Below are positions 11,901 through 22,947 of a DNA stretch of 64,000 bases, piece after piece. Source of the stretch: Phyllosticta citribraziliensis (lineage: Eukaryota); assembly GCF_038025025.1 (NCBI RefSeq), contig NW_027117339.1, forward strand, positions 682,001 through 746,000, given 5' to 3'. Under the pieces are notes generated by a model. That model saw nothing but the letters and a program-made list of their open reading frames with translations. It searched no databases and was not told the origin of the DNA. The translations under genes and the position numbers were made by a program. Each line of letters starts with the position of its first letter. Within the stretch, counting starts at the first letter, position 1.

Positions 11901-12744
11901 AGCACGACTCCAAACCACCGATATGCCCAAACGGCTCCCTTCAGTTCCAAATCATGAGAAGACGCGCCCCGCCACCAGTTGCCTCATCGCAGGTTTTCAA
12001 CATGTAGCTGCGGACCTCCAAATACCGAGCTCCGAAAAGGCGCTCCTTTTTCCTGCTGCGGTCGCGGCAGACGCCCCCTTTCCATCGAGTGCTGCCGTGA
12101 TGCGATGCCGACGCGGCAGTCGTGATATCAGAAATGTGCGGCCTGCGGTGGCCGTGGCGCATGGAGTCCATCTGCCTACAATTTCAAAGCCCTCGGTTCC
12201 AATAGGCGACGTGGTTGCTTTTTTCCGAATTCTGAGAAGGGTAAATTGCCGCCTGCTTCGCTTTAGCCAGCTAGGTTTACAATGGCACTGGTTTATTCCT
12301 GGACACTCTTGGGATAGAGTTGCTAGATGTACGTCCTATCGCAGTGAATGGACGCAGGGTCTATCTGGTCAAGACGTCAGACATGTCAGAGCGCGGGGAC
12401 CAGCGGCGACATGGCCCACTTTTCTGCCACTTTCGTCCAAGGCAACTCAGATCCTCCGTCTGGCTTGGGATAAATATGGAACGCTTGCTTGCGTGCAAGT
12501 GGTGGTGGCAGTCTGCTATTCCACGTCGCTGACTGCCTTTGCCTACGTTTGATTTGAGAATATTTGTTTGTATATTTTGTGTATATTTTTTGTCGACTAA
12601 GATATATAGTCGCATACGACACGCTCTTTGACGGGCTTTGCAGAGAAAAGAGGCGAGTCTGATTCAAATCGACTTTGTTTAAACGCCTGTCTATCAAGTC
12701 CTACTCGGCTTCCAACACTTTCTACCGGTATCTTGCTCGCCAAC

Positions 12745-13824
12745 ATGCAGACCCCCTTCCGCTGCGTATACGCAGTTGTCGACGGCAGCATCATCCAAGC
12801 AGACGTCTACGTGCCATCGCCCGCGCCCAGCGCAAAGACAGCGCTGCCAGTAGGTCTGTCATCTTCCTGCCTCCCCTTTCCAAAAACCCTACCCCATAAA
12901 CAAGAACCCCAGCTAACACATCTCTTAGCCATCGGCATCCACGGCGGCGCTTTCATGCTTGGCCACAGCGGCATGGTCTCCCTTGACCAAATCGACGACT
13001 GCCTCTCACGTGGCTGGATCGTCGTATCCATCGACCATCGGCTCTGCCCGCAAGTATCGATCGTCGACGGGCCCATTACCGATGCGCGGACCGCGCTGGC
13101 GTGGGTGCACTCGACTTCCTCAACTTCGTCGCTGGAAGCAGAGCTGGCAGCCCACGGGCATGATACCGTCGCCGTCGACCGAGATGCTGTCGTCGCGTTT
13201 GGCACGTCGTCGGGCGGCACGCTGGCACTGGCGCTGGGTTGGGGCGTCCCTGAGAACGCTGGCGTCAAGGCGATTTTGGATTTGTACGGCGCGACGGCTT
13301 TTGCGGATCCATTTTGGACGCAACCGCTGCCGCACATTTCTCTCCCGCCACACGAGGAGAGCGAGAAGCGTATCAACCGCGTCTATGATGAAGTGCCCGT
13401 GCCGACGCAGGGCGGCGTGTCGTTGGAAGGACAGAGCCAGGAGCAAGGCGTAGTTGCTGTGGACGAAGAGCAGAGACAGCGCGACCTGATTCGCCGCGAG
13501 TTTACGTTCACCAACATTGGCCGCGGCACGCTGTTGGACGTGGCGTTCCCGTCGAAGCTGTGGGAGCAAATCGATGCGTCGTTGAATGTGTCGCCGTCCT
13601 TCCCGCCCACGTGCATTGTGCACGGCACCGAGGACGAGATGGTGCCAGATTATTTGAGCAAGAAGCTGTACGCCGAGTTGCAGCGGCACGGCGTGCGAAG
13701 CGAATTCATCGAGGTGCCGGGTGAGCGCCACACGTTTGTCGGCAAGATGGTTAAGGGGTCGCGAACGTGGGAGTTGCAGCGCAAGGGGTTCGACTTTTTG
13801 GAGGAAGTCATCAATCGCAGGTAA
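12745..13824 (+). CDS. Alpha/beta hydrolase (HSL-like esterase)
   Basis: IHGGAF oxyanion motif, SIDHRLCPQ, GTSSGG nucleophile elbow, HGTEDEMVP and a C-terminal His (GERHTF). In-frame intron at 12854-12928. Confidence 0.9.
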   Translation: MQTPFRCVYAVVDGSIIQADVYVPSPAPSAKTALPVGLSSSCLPFPKTLPHKQEPQLTHLLAIGIHGGAFMLGHSGMVSLDQIDDCLSRGWIVVSIDHRLCPQVSIVDGPITDARTALAWVHSTSSTSSLEAELAAHGHDTVAVDRDAVVAFGTSSGGTLALALGWGVPENAGVKAILDLYGATAFADPFWTQPLPHISLPPHEESEKRINRVYDEVPVPTQGGVSLEGQSQEQGVVAVDEEQRQRDLIRREFTFTNIGRGTLLDVAFPSKLWEQIDASLNVSPSFPPTCIVHGTEDEMVPDYLSKKLYAELQRHGVRSEFIEVPGERHTFVGKMVKGSRTWELQRKGFDFLEEVINRR

Positions 13825-13885
13825 AGACAGGCATGTCGATGAATACAAGAAAGCAAATCTGAACACAGCCAAGACCAGCTCAAGC

Positions 13886-16356
13886 TCAGCTGAAGCCGTT
13901 GAAACCGTTGCCGTTGTTGTCCCACATGTCTCGGAAGTCGAAGCTCCAGTCCCAGAGGCTGGCGTCGAGCGATTCCAGGCCCATGTGCGTCATCTCAAGG
14001 TCGCCGCCAGTCACCGCGGCATAAGGAACGTCCGTCGTATACGAAGTTGCCTTCGTGTTGGATCGCGGCGCTCCAACCCCGTTGCCACCAGGTGCAAATA
14101 AATGGGATATCTCGCTTCTGGACGTTCCATCAGGGTTCGGCGCTGTGGTATCGCTGCCGTTGTTGCGCTGGCGGATGGCGCCAAGCATTTGGCGGATGAT
14201 TTTGGCCGTCTTGCATGCGACGACCGATTCGGACATGATGTCGAGCATGGTCAGTGTTTGCTCGATGAGAGAAATGTAGTCGTGTTGCTGGTCTTGGGCT
14301 GGGCTGCTGTTAGTGTCCGTCATAGAACTTATGTCGTCGCCGTCACGGCCGCGGCCAGCGCGGAAGAGGATGATGGAGACGGCGAATGTAAGATATGTAA
14401 TGTTATACCACCTGGGAGGTGTTAGTGTATCCCTTAGAGGCCAGAGAAATGAAGCGATACCATGTCCTGAACCAGAACTGCCGACGGTAGGTCTCATAGA
14501 GGAGCTCAATGGTGCTAGCTGCAGCATCTGTGCACTTTTTGACCGCGTCAAGTAGACTTGGCTCTCGTTCGCTGTGTCTGGTCGCATACACAATGAAGGG
14601 TCTAAGGAGGAGCATCTTGACGTTATAGTAGCCTGTTTGTTGGATCAGCAATATAGAATGGACCATTATAACGCGGAAATTTACGTATTTGTAGGACAAG
14701 TCTTTGGTAGAAAGCCCACGGAGGATCTCCAAGTTGGCAATGTCGGTCCACGTCAGAGGTGAATTGAGGCCGTATAGCGTCAGGCAAGCGGGCGCACCAA
14801 GCGTCCATTTCGAGCTCTATGTTCAGCCTTCGGTGTGTTAGTACTAGATTTGTAGAAAAGGGATCACCATCAACTTACGCGCTCTGGAGCTTCTGACCCA
14901 GCGATAGGCGATGCAGGTAGACTTTGACAGAAATCGCGCGCATAATACGCGACAACCCAATCATTCCAGGGATTATGTCAATCTCTGAGCCATCAATGGA
15001 CGGAGGTTGGCGATTGTGGTAGTCTTCCATGCCCAAGCTGTCGGGACGGCCAAGCGAAAAGCTTAGTTCGATCTCGAGCGTATAGAAGCCCCACCATGTT
15101 TTCGACGCTTCAATGGCCTGTGGTTGTGACTCGGCAGGCCTCCTGTTGGCACCGATAGACAGCAGTATTCGAGAAGCCATTCCAAGATAGGTGTATGCAA
15201 GATTGGGGTTGATTTCGTTCTGACAGACTTTGGCCATGAACATGTATGCCTGGGCGGCTTCGAGGTCATTTGCGGATCCGGGGAAACCTAAAGCGTGCTG
15301 CGCCTTTTCGAACAACATGCGGCTCCACTCGAACCTGCCCATGCCATTAATCTTTTCCTCGGTCCATGTCCGGATGAGGGCGCCGAGAGAAACGAGACTA
15401 AAGTACAAGGCAATGAAGCTCCGCGGCTGGTTCTGAAAGCGGCCTTGCCAAAGGTCATCACATCGGCCATAGAAGCTTTCCTTGTCGAGGATTGGATGTA
15501 TGTAGTGGAGCTTGTTGAAGTACGTCTCGAGAAATACGTAGGATTGAGGGAAGAAAAATTGGCAGTCGATGCCGTCTTCAAACCCCTGGGCGTCCTTGAA
15601 CTGTGTTCTAAAGACATCGTTGTGGAATGTGCTGACCAATGACTGCTTCTGTGAGCTGGCTTGAGGTCTATCTTGACTTTCGGCGTCGCTGCAGCCGTAC
15701 TCTTCGCGAAGACGTCCGATGAAAGCCACCGAAGACGTGTGGCCGTGGAATTCGACATTGCGAGTATGCGGATTCACTTCGACGATTTCAGTCCCGTCCT
15801 CAGGCGTGGCGTCATCGGTTCCGTTTTGGCTCTCTGTAACCGCAGTCCCGTGGTGACCAGGGCCAGGGGAAGATGTGTCCTGAATACTTCGGGCAACCGA
15901 AGACCTGGAAGCTTCGATATCCTGAGGCGTAGTCTCTGCGGGAACTACTGTTCCCTGAGACGAGGAAGCTTTTGGTACGGCTCGGAGCCTGGCATTCTCA
16001 GCCTGCAGCCTTATGACCTTTTGCTCCAGCTCTTGCAAGGCGCTGCATCAACAAATTCAGTAAGCAGCGGCAACCGAAGCTTGATCCGCGGGATTCCCGA
16101 CCTTGCTGGACTTCCTCTCTCCACTGCGGAAGAAACTCGGTAGACGCAACTCAGACCTCTCCCTGGTCAAATATCAACACCTATTTCGCGTCCGTTTGAA
16201 TGAGGAGAGGGCAATACGTTTACAGTTGCTACAAGGGGAGACTCCATCGCATTTATATTTTTTCGATCGACAGAGGCCGCAAGCTTGAATAGCCCGAGGC
16301 CGCCGTGGCGGTCTTGGACTGCTGGCTGCAGCAGTTTCTTGAGGTGAAGGAAGCAT
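13886..16356 (-). CDS. Zn(II)2Cys6 transcription factor with a fungal-specific TF (MHR) domain
   Basis: ACGLCRSKKYKCDGVSPCSNCK, a coiled coil, EFHGHTSS, YFNKLHYIHPILDK and WWGFYTLEIELSFSLGRP; multi-exon. Confidence 0.92.
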
Positions 16357-16841
16357 TGCTGAAGAAGTTTTCGTCCTCAATTGACGGGAAAAGGCAGGTT
16401 GCACAATGGCGAGTCGGACGTAGTACTCGAGAAAACGATCGCGCCGTCTTCAAGTCGTCCAGTAGGATCAAAGAGCCGTTAGCCCCGTGGGTTGCGCAAG
16501 GAGTTGGTAGCATGGGGTCCAGATTTCCCCGCAACGCAACGGAGGTTGGCGGCGCACAGACCGAGGCTTGGTAGCAAAAGTCATGGCTCACACAAGCTCC
16601 CAATCACCACACTCGACGCTCGAATGCTCCCTGTCAGTCGTCAGTACAGGGTGTGAACGCTTCCCAATAATCACCGATTACAGTGTATGAGCAGGAATGC
16701 CCCGAATGCTCCGTGACGCGCGAGATTGATTCTCAATTCTGGTTGTGTGCGCCACGACTTTTGTGACCGGGCCTGGGACGCTGGCGGAGTGCGGGGGACC
16801 GACCAAGCAATGCATCAGCCGGACCTCAGGGATTCGACCGC

Positions 16842-16852
16842 CGGATATTCCG
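16842..16852. promoter_or_regulatory. Putative Zn2Cys6 site CGG-ATATT-CCG in the TF/monooxygenase divergent promoter
   Basis: CGG-N5-CCG followed by A, as at 11890. Confidence 0.4.
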
Positions 16853-17167
16853 AATTGTGGCTGACGATTTTCTGGGGAAACGGTCATGTTTGGTAGCGCG
16901 TGCTCGTCTGCTGTCAGGCTTGAGGACCATAATTCTGACCCCGAAGTTTGCATTACCGCGATGTGGGCAGCCGATCACCCCCGAAGAGACGATTCTTAAC
17001 GCCGACACAGTCGGCTTTGCCGGCGAACACGAACCATCCAAATGTGTCTCCTATTCCGCAGATGGCCAAGAAGCTTTTGAACTTGCACACCGTTTGTTCT
17101 CTCGCGTCATCTTGGAAAGCGTTGCATACTCGCATTGATTTTAGAGCAACAGACTAGAGCCGTAGCC

Positions 17168-18676
17168 ATGGGACCCGCAAGCGAGAACCTCGAAATCATC
17201 GTCGTCGGCGCAGGCTTGGGGGGATTAGCTGCATCGATTGAATGCGCGCTATCCGGACATCATGTGACGGTGTTGGAGACAGCGCCAGAGCTGGCAGAGG
17301 TGCAGTTGCCTGCATCCAGAAACGCAAGATTGCTGACGAGTTCATAGATCGGAGCCGGGCTCCAAATAACGCCAAATTCATCCAGACTGCTAAAGTCATG
17401 GGGCGTGTACGACAAGCTGGCTGACATGGCAGTTGAGCCCAAGAAGCTGTTTGTACACCGGTACTCCGGCGAGGTACTTTCAAAAGAGGATGACTTTGAT
17501 CTGCAAATGAACCGCAAATACGGGGCACCTTTCGTTGACATGCACCGCGGAGACGTGCAGAAAGCCCTAGCTGCACGAGCTAAAGAGCTTGGGGTTGTGC
17601 TGAAGTTGGGACAGCGAGTTGACGCACTCGACTTGGACTCTACTCGAGCCAACATCACTACTCAAGACGGCAAGGAGCATCACTGTGACCTCGTGGTGGC
17701 GGCCGACGGGCTTTGGTCAAAGTGCCGAGAATGCTTCCTGGGACGAAAAGATCCCCCATTGGCGACAGGCGATCTGGCTTACCGAATCGTCCTGAGACTG
17801 GACCAGATTGAAGATCAGGACCTGCGCGATTGGATAACCAACCCGACGGTACACTTCTGGATCGGGGAAAACTCCCACGTAGTGTCGTATAGCATGAAAG
17901 GCGGGCAAATGTACAACATCGTGTTGCTCGTACCAGACGACCTGCCGGAGTCGGTTGCAAAACAAGCTGGCTCAACCGAAGAGATGAAGAAGGTGTTCAA
18001 GGGCTGGGATCCGATGTGGGTCAAACCCTTGATTGAAATTTCTCTGCTCACAGTTTCCAGATTGACGCGGTTCCTTGATTGCGTGGACAAGGTGGACAAA
18101 TGGAAGCTGATGCACAGGGAAGAAATGGAATCGTGGATCAGCCCAAAGGGAAACCTGGTCTTCATTGGAGACGCATGCCATCCAATGCTGCCATATCTTG
18201 CCCAGGGCGCCAATTCGGCACTAGAGGATGGAGCTGTCCTCGGGAAGGTCCTGAAGGGCGTTGAATCCAGGAGCTCGGTATATCAAGCACTCGTGGTCTT
18301 CGAACAGCTGCGCAAGTCGCGTGGAGAGGCCATTGTGCGAGAGACGTTTAAACAGGCAAGTCGGATTCCGCTCGCATCTTGGACAAAGCTGACGGGATTG
18401 CAGCGAAGAGACTTCCACATGCCGGATGGCCCCGAACAGCAAGCCCGGGACGAGCTTTTCCTCTCAAAGCTGGGCAAGCAGATTGATTGCGCGTTTCCAA
18501 GTCGATGGTTTGTAAGCTCCTATGCCCCTTGTCAATCGTGTACTGATGCGAGAAGGCAATGTCCTCAAGTGCAACCATGGCTGTATGGCTACGATGCGGG
18601 AAAAGAAGTGGAGTCCGTGATGCAAACGTATGCGGTGGTGCAGGAGACGCTCCAGAATGGCGGTCTCAAGATCTAG
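17168..18676 (+). CDS. FAD-dependent monooxygenase (group A, salicylate hydroxylase-like); 5 exons
   Basis: IVVGAGLGGL, EIGAGLQITPN, DLVVAADGLWS and IGDACHPMLPYLAQGANSALEDG. Introns at 17300-17347, 18016-18060, 18356-18403 (GC-AG) and 18508-18555. Confidence 0.93.
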
Positions 18677-19034
18677 GACGCGGGCTTTGGACTGTCAGCT
18701 TAAAGGGTTGCTGTGTAGCGTTCAGCGAGAGGTGTTGGACAGATGAGTTTCATAGAAATGAAGGCGTAGCCGAACAAGTGACAAACATAGCCTGAACAGT
18801 AGTCTGGGTTTGTTGGTGTTGAGATCAAACGGCGCGTGCCAGCCACCGACCCAAACGGGGGCTTGTGCCATGCGCACGGACCATAGCGTCATCCGTCACC
18901 ACGGCGGCGGCAGGTCCCAAGGTCCCGTTCGCCGCTCCACTGCTGCCGCCCAGTCCACCTACCTACTCCGCTATCGTCAACCCTACCATCGCCTCCTCCC
19001 AACCGCCTCCCTCTCGCAATTCACCTCGACCGCC

Positions 19035-19699
19035 ATGAAGGCCTCTACTCTCCTCCTCGCCGTTGCCAGCCCGCTGCTGGTCAGCGCCATCGACCGCTCC
19101 AACTTCCTGGGCGGCCTGATGAGCCAGAACCAAGTTACCTTGCAAGCCGATAACAAGGTGCCCGGCGAGAACCCGCTCTACTTTTGCTCGACACCCGACC
19201 CGTACATCTTGACCATTGACGATGTCGACCTCGCGCCCAACCCGCCTGAAGCGTGAGTGCTCACCGGCCTTATCACATCCGGAGTGGGAGCCAAGCGGCG
19301 CAGAAGTACAAGACCCAGATCTGAGCTAACGTGCGGCATTCCAGTGGCAAGACGCTCGCCATCAGCGCAAAGGGTACTCTGGCCCAAAAGGTTGAAGAGG
19401 GCGCCAAGGTCAACCTCCAGGTCAAGTACGGCCTCATTACCTTGATCAGGCAAACCGCCGACCTGTGCGAGTATGTCAAGGAAGTGGACTTGGAGTGTCC
19501 TCTCGACAAGGGAGCTCTCAAGCTCTACAAAGAAGTCGACCTGCCCAAGGAGATTCCTCCGGTAAGCGCACAATCCAAACCACCAAGATGACGCCATGCT
19601 GACACGGCGCAGGGCAAGTACAGCGTCATTGCCGACGTCGTCACCAAGGACGAGGAGCCCATCACCTGTCTTACGGCGACCGTCGTCTTTTCTAGATAG
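19035..19699 (+). CDS. npc2: ML-domain phosphatidylglycerol/phosphatidylinositol transfer protein (NPC2 homolog)
   Basis: Signal peptide, KVPGENPLYFC, VDLAPNPP, VKYGLITLI..DLC, LPKEIPPGKY and ITCLTATV; 2 introns. Confidence 0.93.
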
Positions 19700-20161
19700 T
19701 CCCGTTGAGCATCACGAGCAAAAGCGCTGTCTAAAGGCGCAGCGGAGTTGCTGGCCGCAGCAGAGCTTAAGCACAAGCTGTAGCTGACCAAGACATTGGT
19801 CGGAGGCATTTCATCTTCATTGTATTGTATGGACACGAGATAATCACAAGAAACAAAAGATCGATATCCGAAGGGAGCGGTTGGCCGAACGCTTGGGCTG
19901 TAATAATGGCATCGAACATTGGGTGTTTTGCGTTTCTCGATCCAGTTGACCGTCAAGTGGCTTTCCATATTCCCAATGTTCAAGTTTGCGAGGCTACTCT
20001 AGCCTAAATCCAACGTCATTCTGGAGCGACCTCAAACTACATGCGGTTCCTAGTTGACGATGTCCGCAACTTGCAACTGTGAATGGGTATATATGTCTCC
20101 GCGTATGTACAGTACGAGCAAGTCTGAGCGCCCCGTTTCGGCTGCACGTATATGTTTTCTT

Positions 20162-20747
20162 TTACTCGCCAAAAAGTCTCCTGACCCTCTTGAGAACACT
20201 GTCCTTCTCCGGGTCGTACGGGTGGTCCTTGGAGGGTATCTCGAGCAACGAAGGGAAAGCAGCGGTGTATGTGTCGACCCTGTGGCGTATCCGTTCGGCG
20301 ATCTGGCCAAGTCAGCGTCTAGTTTCCTTCCTGTGACAATTGAGGGAACGCTCTCGGTGACGCACATGCTGATTGATGAGGACGATGGCAATATCTTTTC
20401 TCTCTTGGGTGAAGGAGTCAAAGGCGGCCTCGATGGCAGCGTTGTCGGTCTTGGCGTCTACGACGAGGAAGTTCTTTTGATTGTCGGGTGGCGGTGTGAC
20501 GTGCTGGCGAGGGACGACGTTAGGTCGAGACTTTCTTGAGGCAAGCAGGAAGATGGACATTTCCGGGCTGAGGGAATGGGTTTCAGGGTTTGCTTACGCC
20601 AACACCAGCGAGGAGAAGGCCAGTGACCGAGTCCTGGTCGTCTGTCGTTAGCAAAGCACAAATAGGCGGTCGAGAGCAGAGCCGTACCTCATCGCCAATT
20701 ACGGCGAGGAACTGGCGGTCCTTATAGGCGGAAACTGGAGCGGCCAT
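20162..20747 (-). CDS. vma7: V-type ATPase subunit F
   Basis: Spliced: [35 protein letters not shown]...[56 protein letters not shown]. Confidence 0.97.
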
Positions 20748-21107
20748 GACGAGCAAGTCTGGCTGTAAGAGGAGGGACGATGATGGAGAGCGAGGTGATG
20801 TCGTTGGCTAGCTTGGGCCGGGACCAGGAGCTCGAGTAGTGATGCGGCGGGGGAGCTCGGCGGTCGAGGTGATGTGCGACAGGGAATGTCGGCAAAATAT
20901 TTGACCGACAAGCTGTTTACCTGCGAGTCGGGTCGCCGTCTTTCTGCATCGCATTCACTGTCCACGATAAACCACAATGGCCCCGGTCCACGCCTCGACA
21001 TAGCATGATAGCCCTTGTGATTCGCTTTGCAAGATCTCGCCCGGCTCTGCTACAGCTCTAGCTCCCGCAAAAGCAAGCCTCACCTCTTTCCGCCCTCTTC
21101 TTCCGCC

Positions 21108-22552
21108 ATGCCGCCCCTCATCCGACGCCGACCGCTCTCGGAGCGCATAATAGCCTACCTCAACCCCTACGACTGGCTCCTTTGGCTGGCTGAAGAGATA
21201 AATGGAAATGACTGGGATGAGGAGCTCAAGGACTATGCCTGGGTCATGGGCATTGGAATCAACGTCCTCTTCATGGTCGCAAGGGCAAACAGCGGCTCTG
21301 GAAGCTCTTCGCACAGCGATGATGTGTTTGGAGACTCTACGGGACCAGGATGGCTGAGCTGGATTGTGAGTGACGATACAAAGTCTTTCTGGGCTCTGCT
21401 GACTCACTTTAGTGCTCCTTCATTGTCCACCTACTGTCTCTTGTCTCTGGGTTGAACGCCTGGTACACTTTTTGGAGAAAACGCCACTACCGCCTCTTTG
21501 AATCCCCTGTCGAAACGGCTCCCACTACACCATCTGCGCGCAGAGTACGAGTCGACTCGTCACCTCTGTCCTCCTCGCCCTTGCGATTCATCTCCAACCT
21601 CGTTTCTTCCAGCGCGCAGTCCCGAGCACACCCCGACGAGACAAAGGATGTTTGGGAAATTTCTGTCTGGGATCCCACGCCGACCTGCTTGCGCCTATTT
21701 TGTCTGTTCAGTCCGGGGCATGTGATGGTATACTGGCTTTTTCTCCCGCTGGCGCCCTTGGACCCTCGGCCTAGCGTCACCGTGGTCACCACCATGGTGG
21801 TCGGAGCTCTTATTACTGCGCAGCTCACGTTTCTTCAATCATCGTTTTCGCAGCAGACCAAGGATGCGGCGCTCATCCACCGGGAAGTGCTTCACGAGTA
21901 TGACACCAAATTCGTACATCCAAATTTGAACAAGCCCGTTCGCAATGTGGGCACCCAGACACTCAGCGACTCTGGAGTTGGCACGAGGGAGGTTGACACT
22001 TATACACCAACAACAATCATCAACAGGGGTTTCCGCACAAACCCCAACCCGGCATATGCCGCAGAATACGACCCCGACAACATCCTCCGCTCCGAGCAAC
22101 GCCAGAGTCGTACTTCGATGCCGAATCCCTTCGTCACGCCCAAACCCGCAAGCCCCTACAAACCAAGCGCGACAAAGATTACAACCAACATGTCGACCAA
22201 TATGGGAACAAGCATGGGAACCTCTATGGGAAATTCCATGGCTACGTCCGCACAAAGACGCGGCCTCAGCGGTATGCGCCAACCACAGTTTCGGACCTCC
22301 GCCGACGGCGGATCCGGAGATGGGGGCAGCCTGGGCATCTATTCCCACGCCGCCTCTCCCCTCCGCAAATCTCAATCCGTAAACTTTCCGCGTCCTGACG
22401 AGCAAGAACGACGACCCACGAGTCCGGAGAAGAGAGGCGGCAGCCCGCTCAAGCGGATGAGCACGCCGGGCGACTGGAGCGGGGTTAGTATTCCCGAGAT
22501 GGGCCGACAGAGACGCCCATACCAGTCGTTTTATCAGGAGTCAAAGAGGTAG
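21108..22552 (+). CDS. nur1: Nuclear rim protein Nur1/Mug154-like (DUF2418)
   Basis: MPPLIRRRPLSERIIAYLNPYDWLLWL, RKRHYRLFE, VWDPTPTCLRLFCLFSPGHV and EVLHEYDTKFVHP; one intron at about 21366-21411. Confidence 0.88.
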
Positions 22553-22947
22553 ACGGTTTTTCGTGGGGTGGTTCTATTTCAGTCAATTAGCGTATGCATG
22601 GCTCGGATTGCTGGAAAGGCGTTTAAGAGGCTCTGTGAGGTGTTACGGAGGTGTTTGACAGCTAGATCTTCGTGTGGGCCTGGATAAGAATGCCAGTTTT
22701 GCTCCTCAGTCTTGCTGCTTACATTCTTGACTCGATGTTGCCGTTTCGCCAGAGGACTCAAATGCCCTCGGTCACTATCCTTTTCGGTCTCTTGGAAGCA
22801 CTTTTCGATGTATGCAAAATCGCCTTGAATGCTTCTCATCTACATTCTACACGGACCTTCGAAAAATTCGCAAGACTAATGGGGGAATCACAGAAACAAA
22901 TCGTCAAACATCCACATCACCCACCGCTCCACACACCCACCCCCTTC

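Noticed and set aside
11923..12552. 209-aa ATG ORF in the dioxygenase/esterase intergenic region
   Set aside because: No recognisable motifs or coding-like composition; it overlaps the expected divergent promoter.
20748..21107. Short bidirectional vma7/nur1 promoter
   Set aside because: Ordinary head-to-head arrangement of housekeeping genes.
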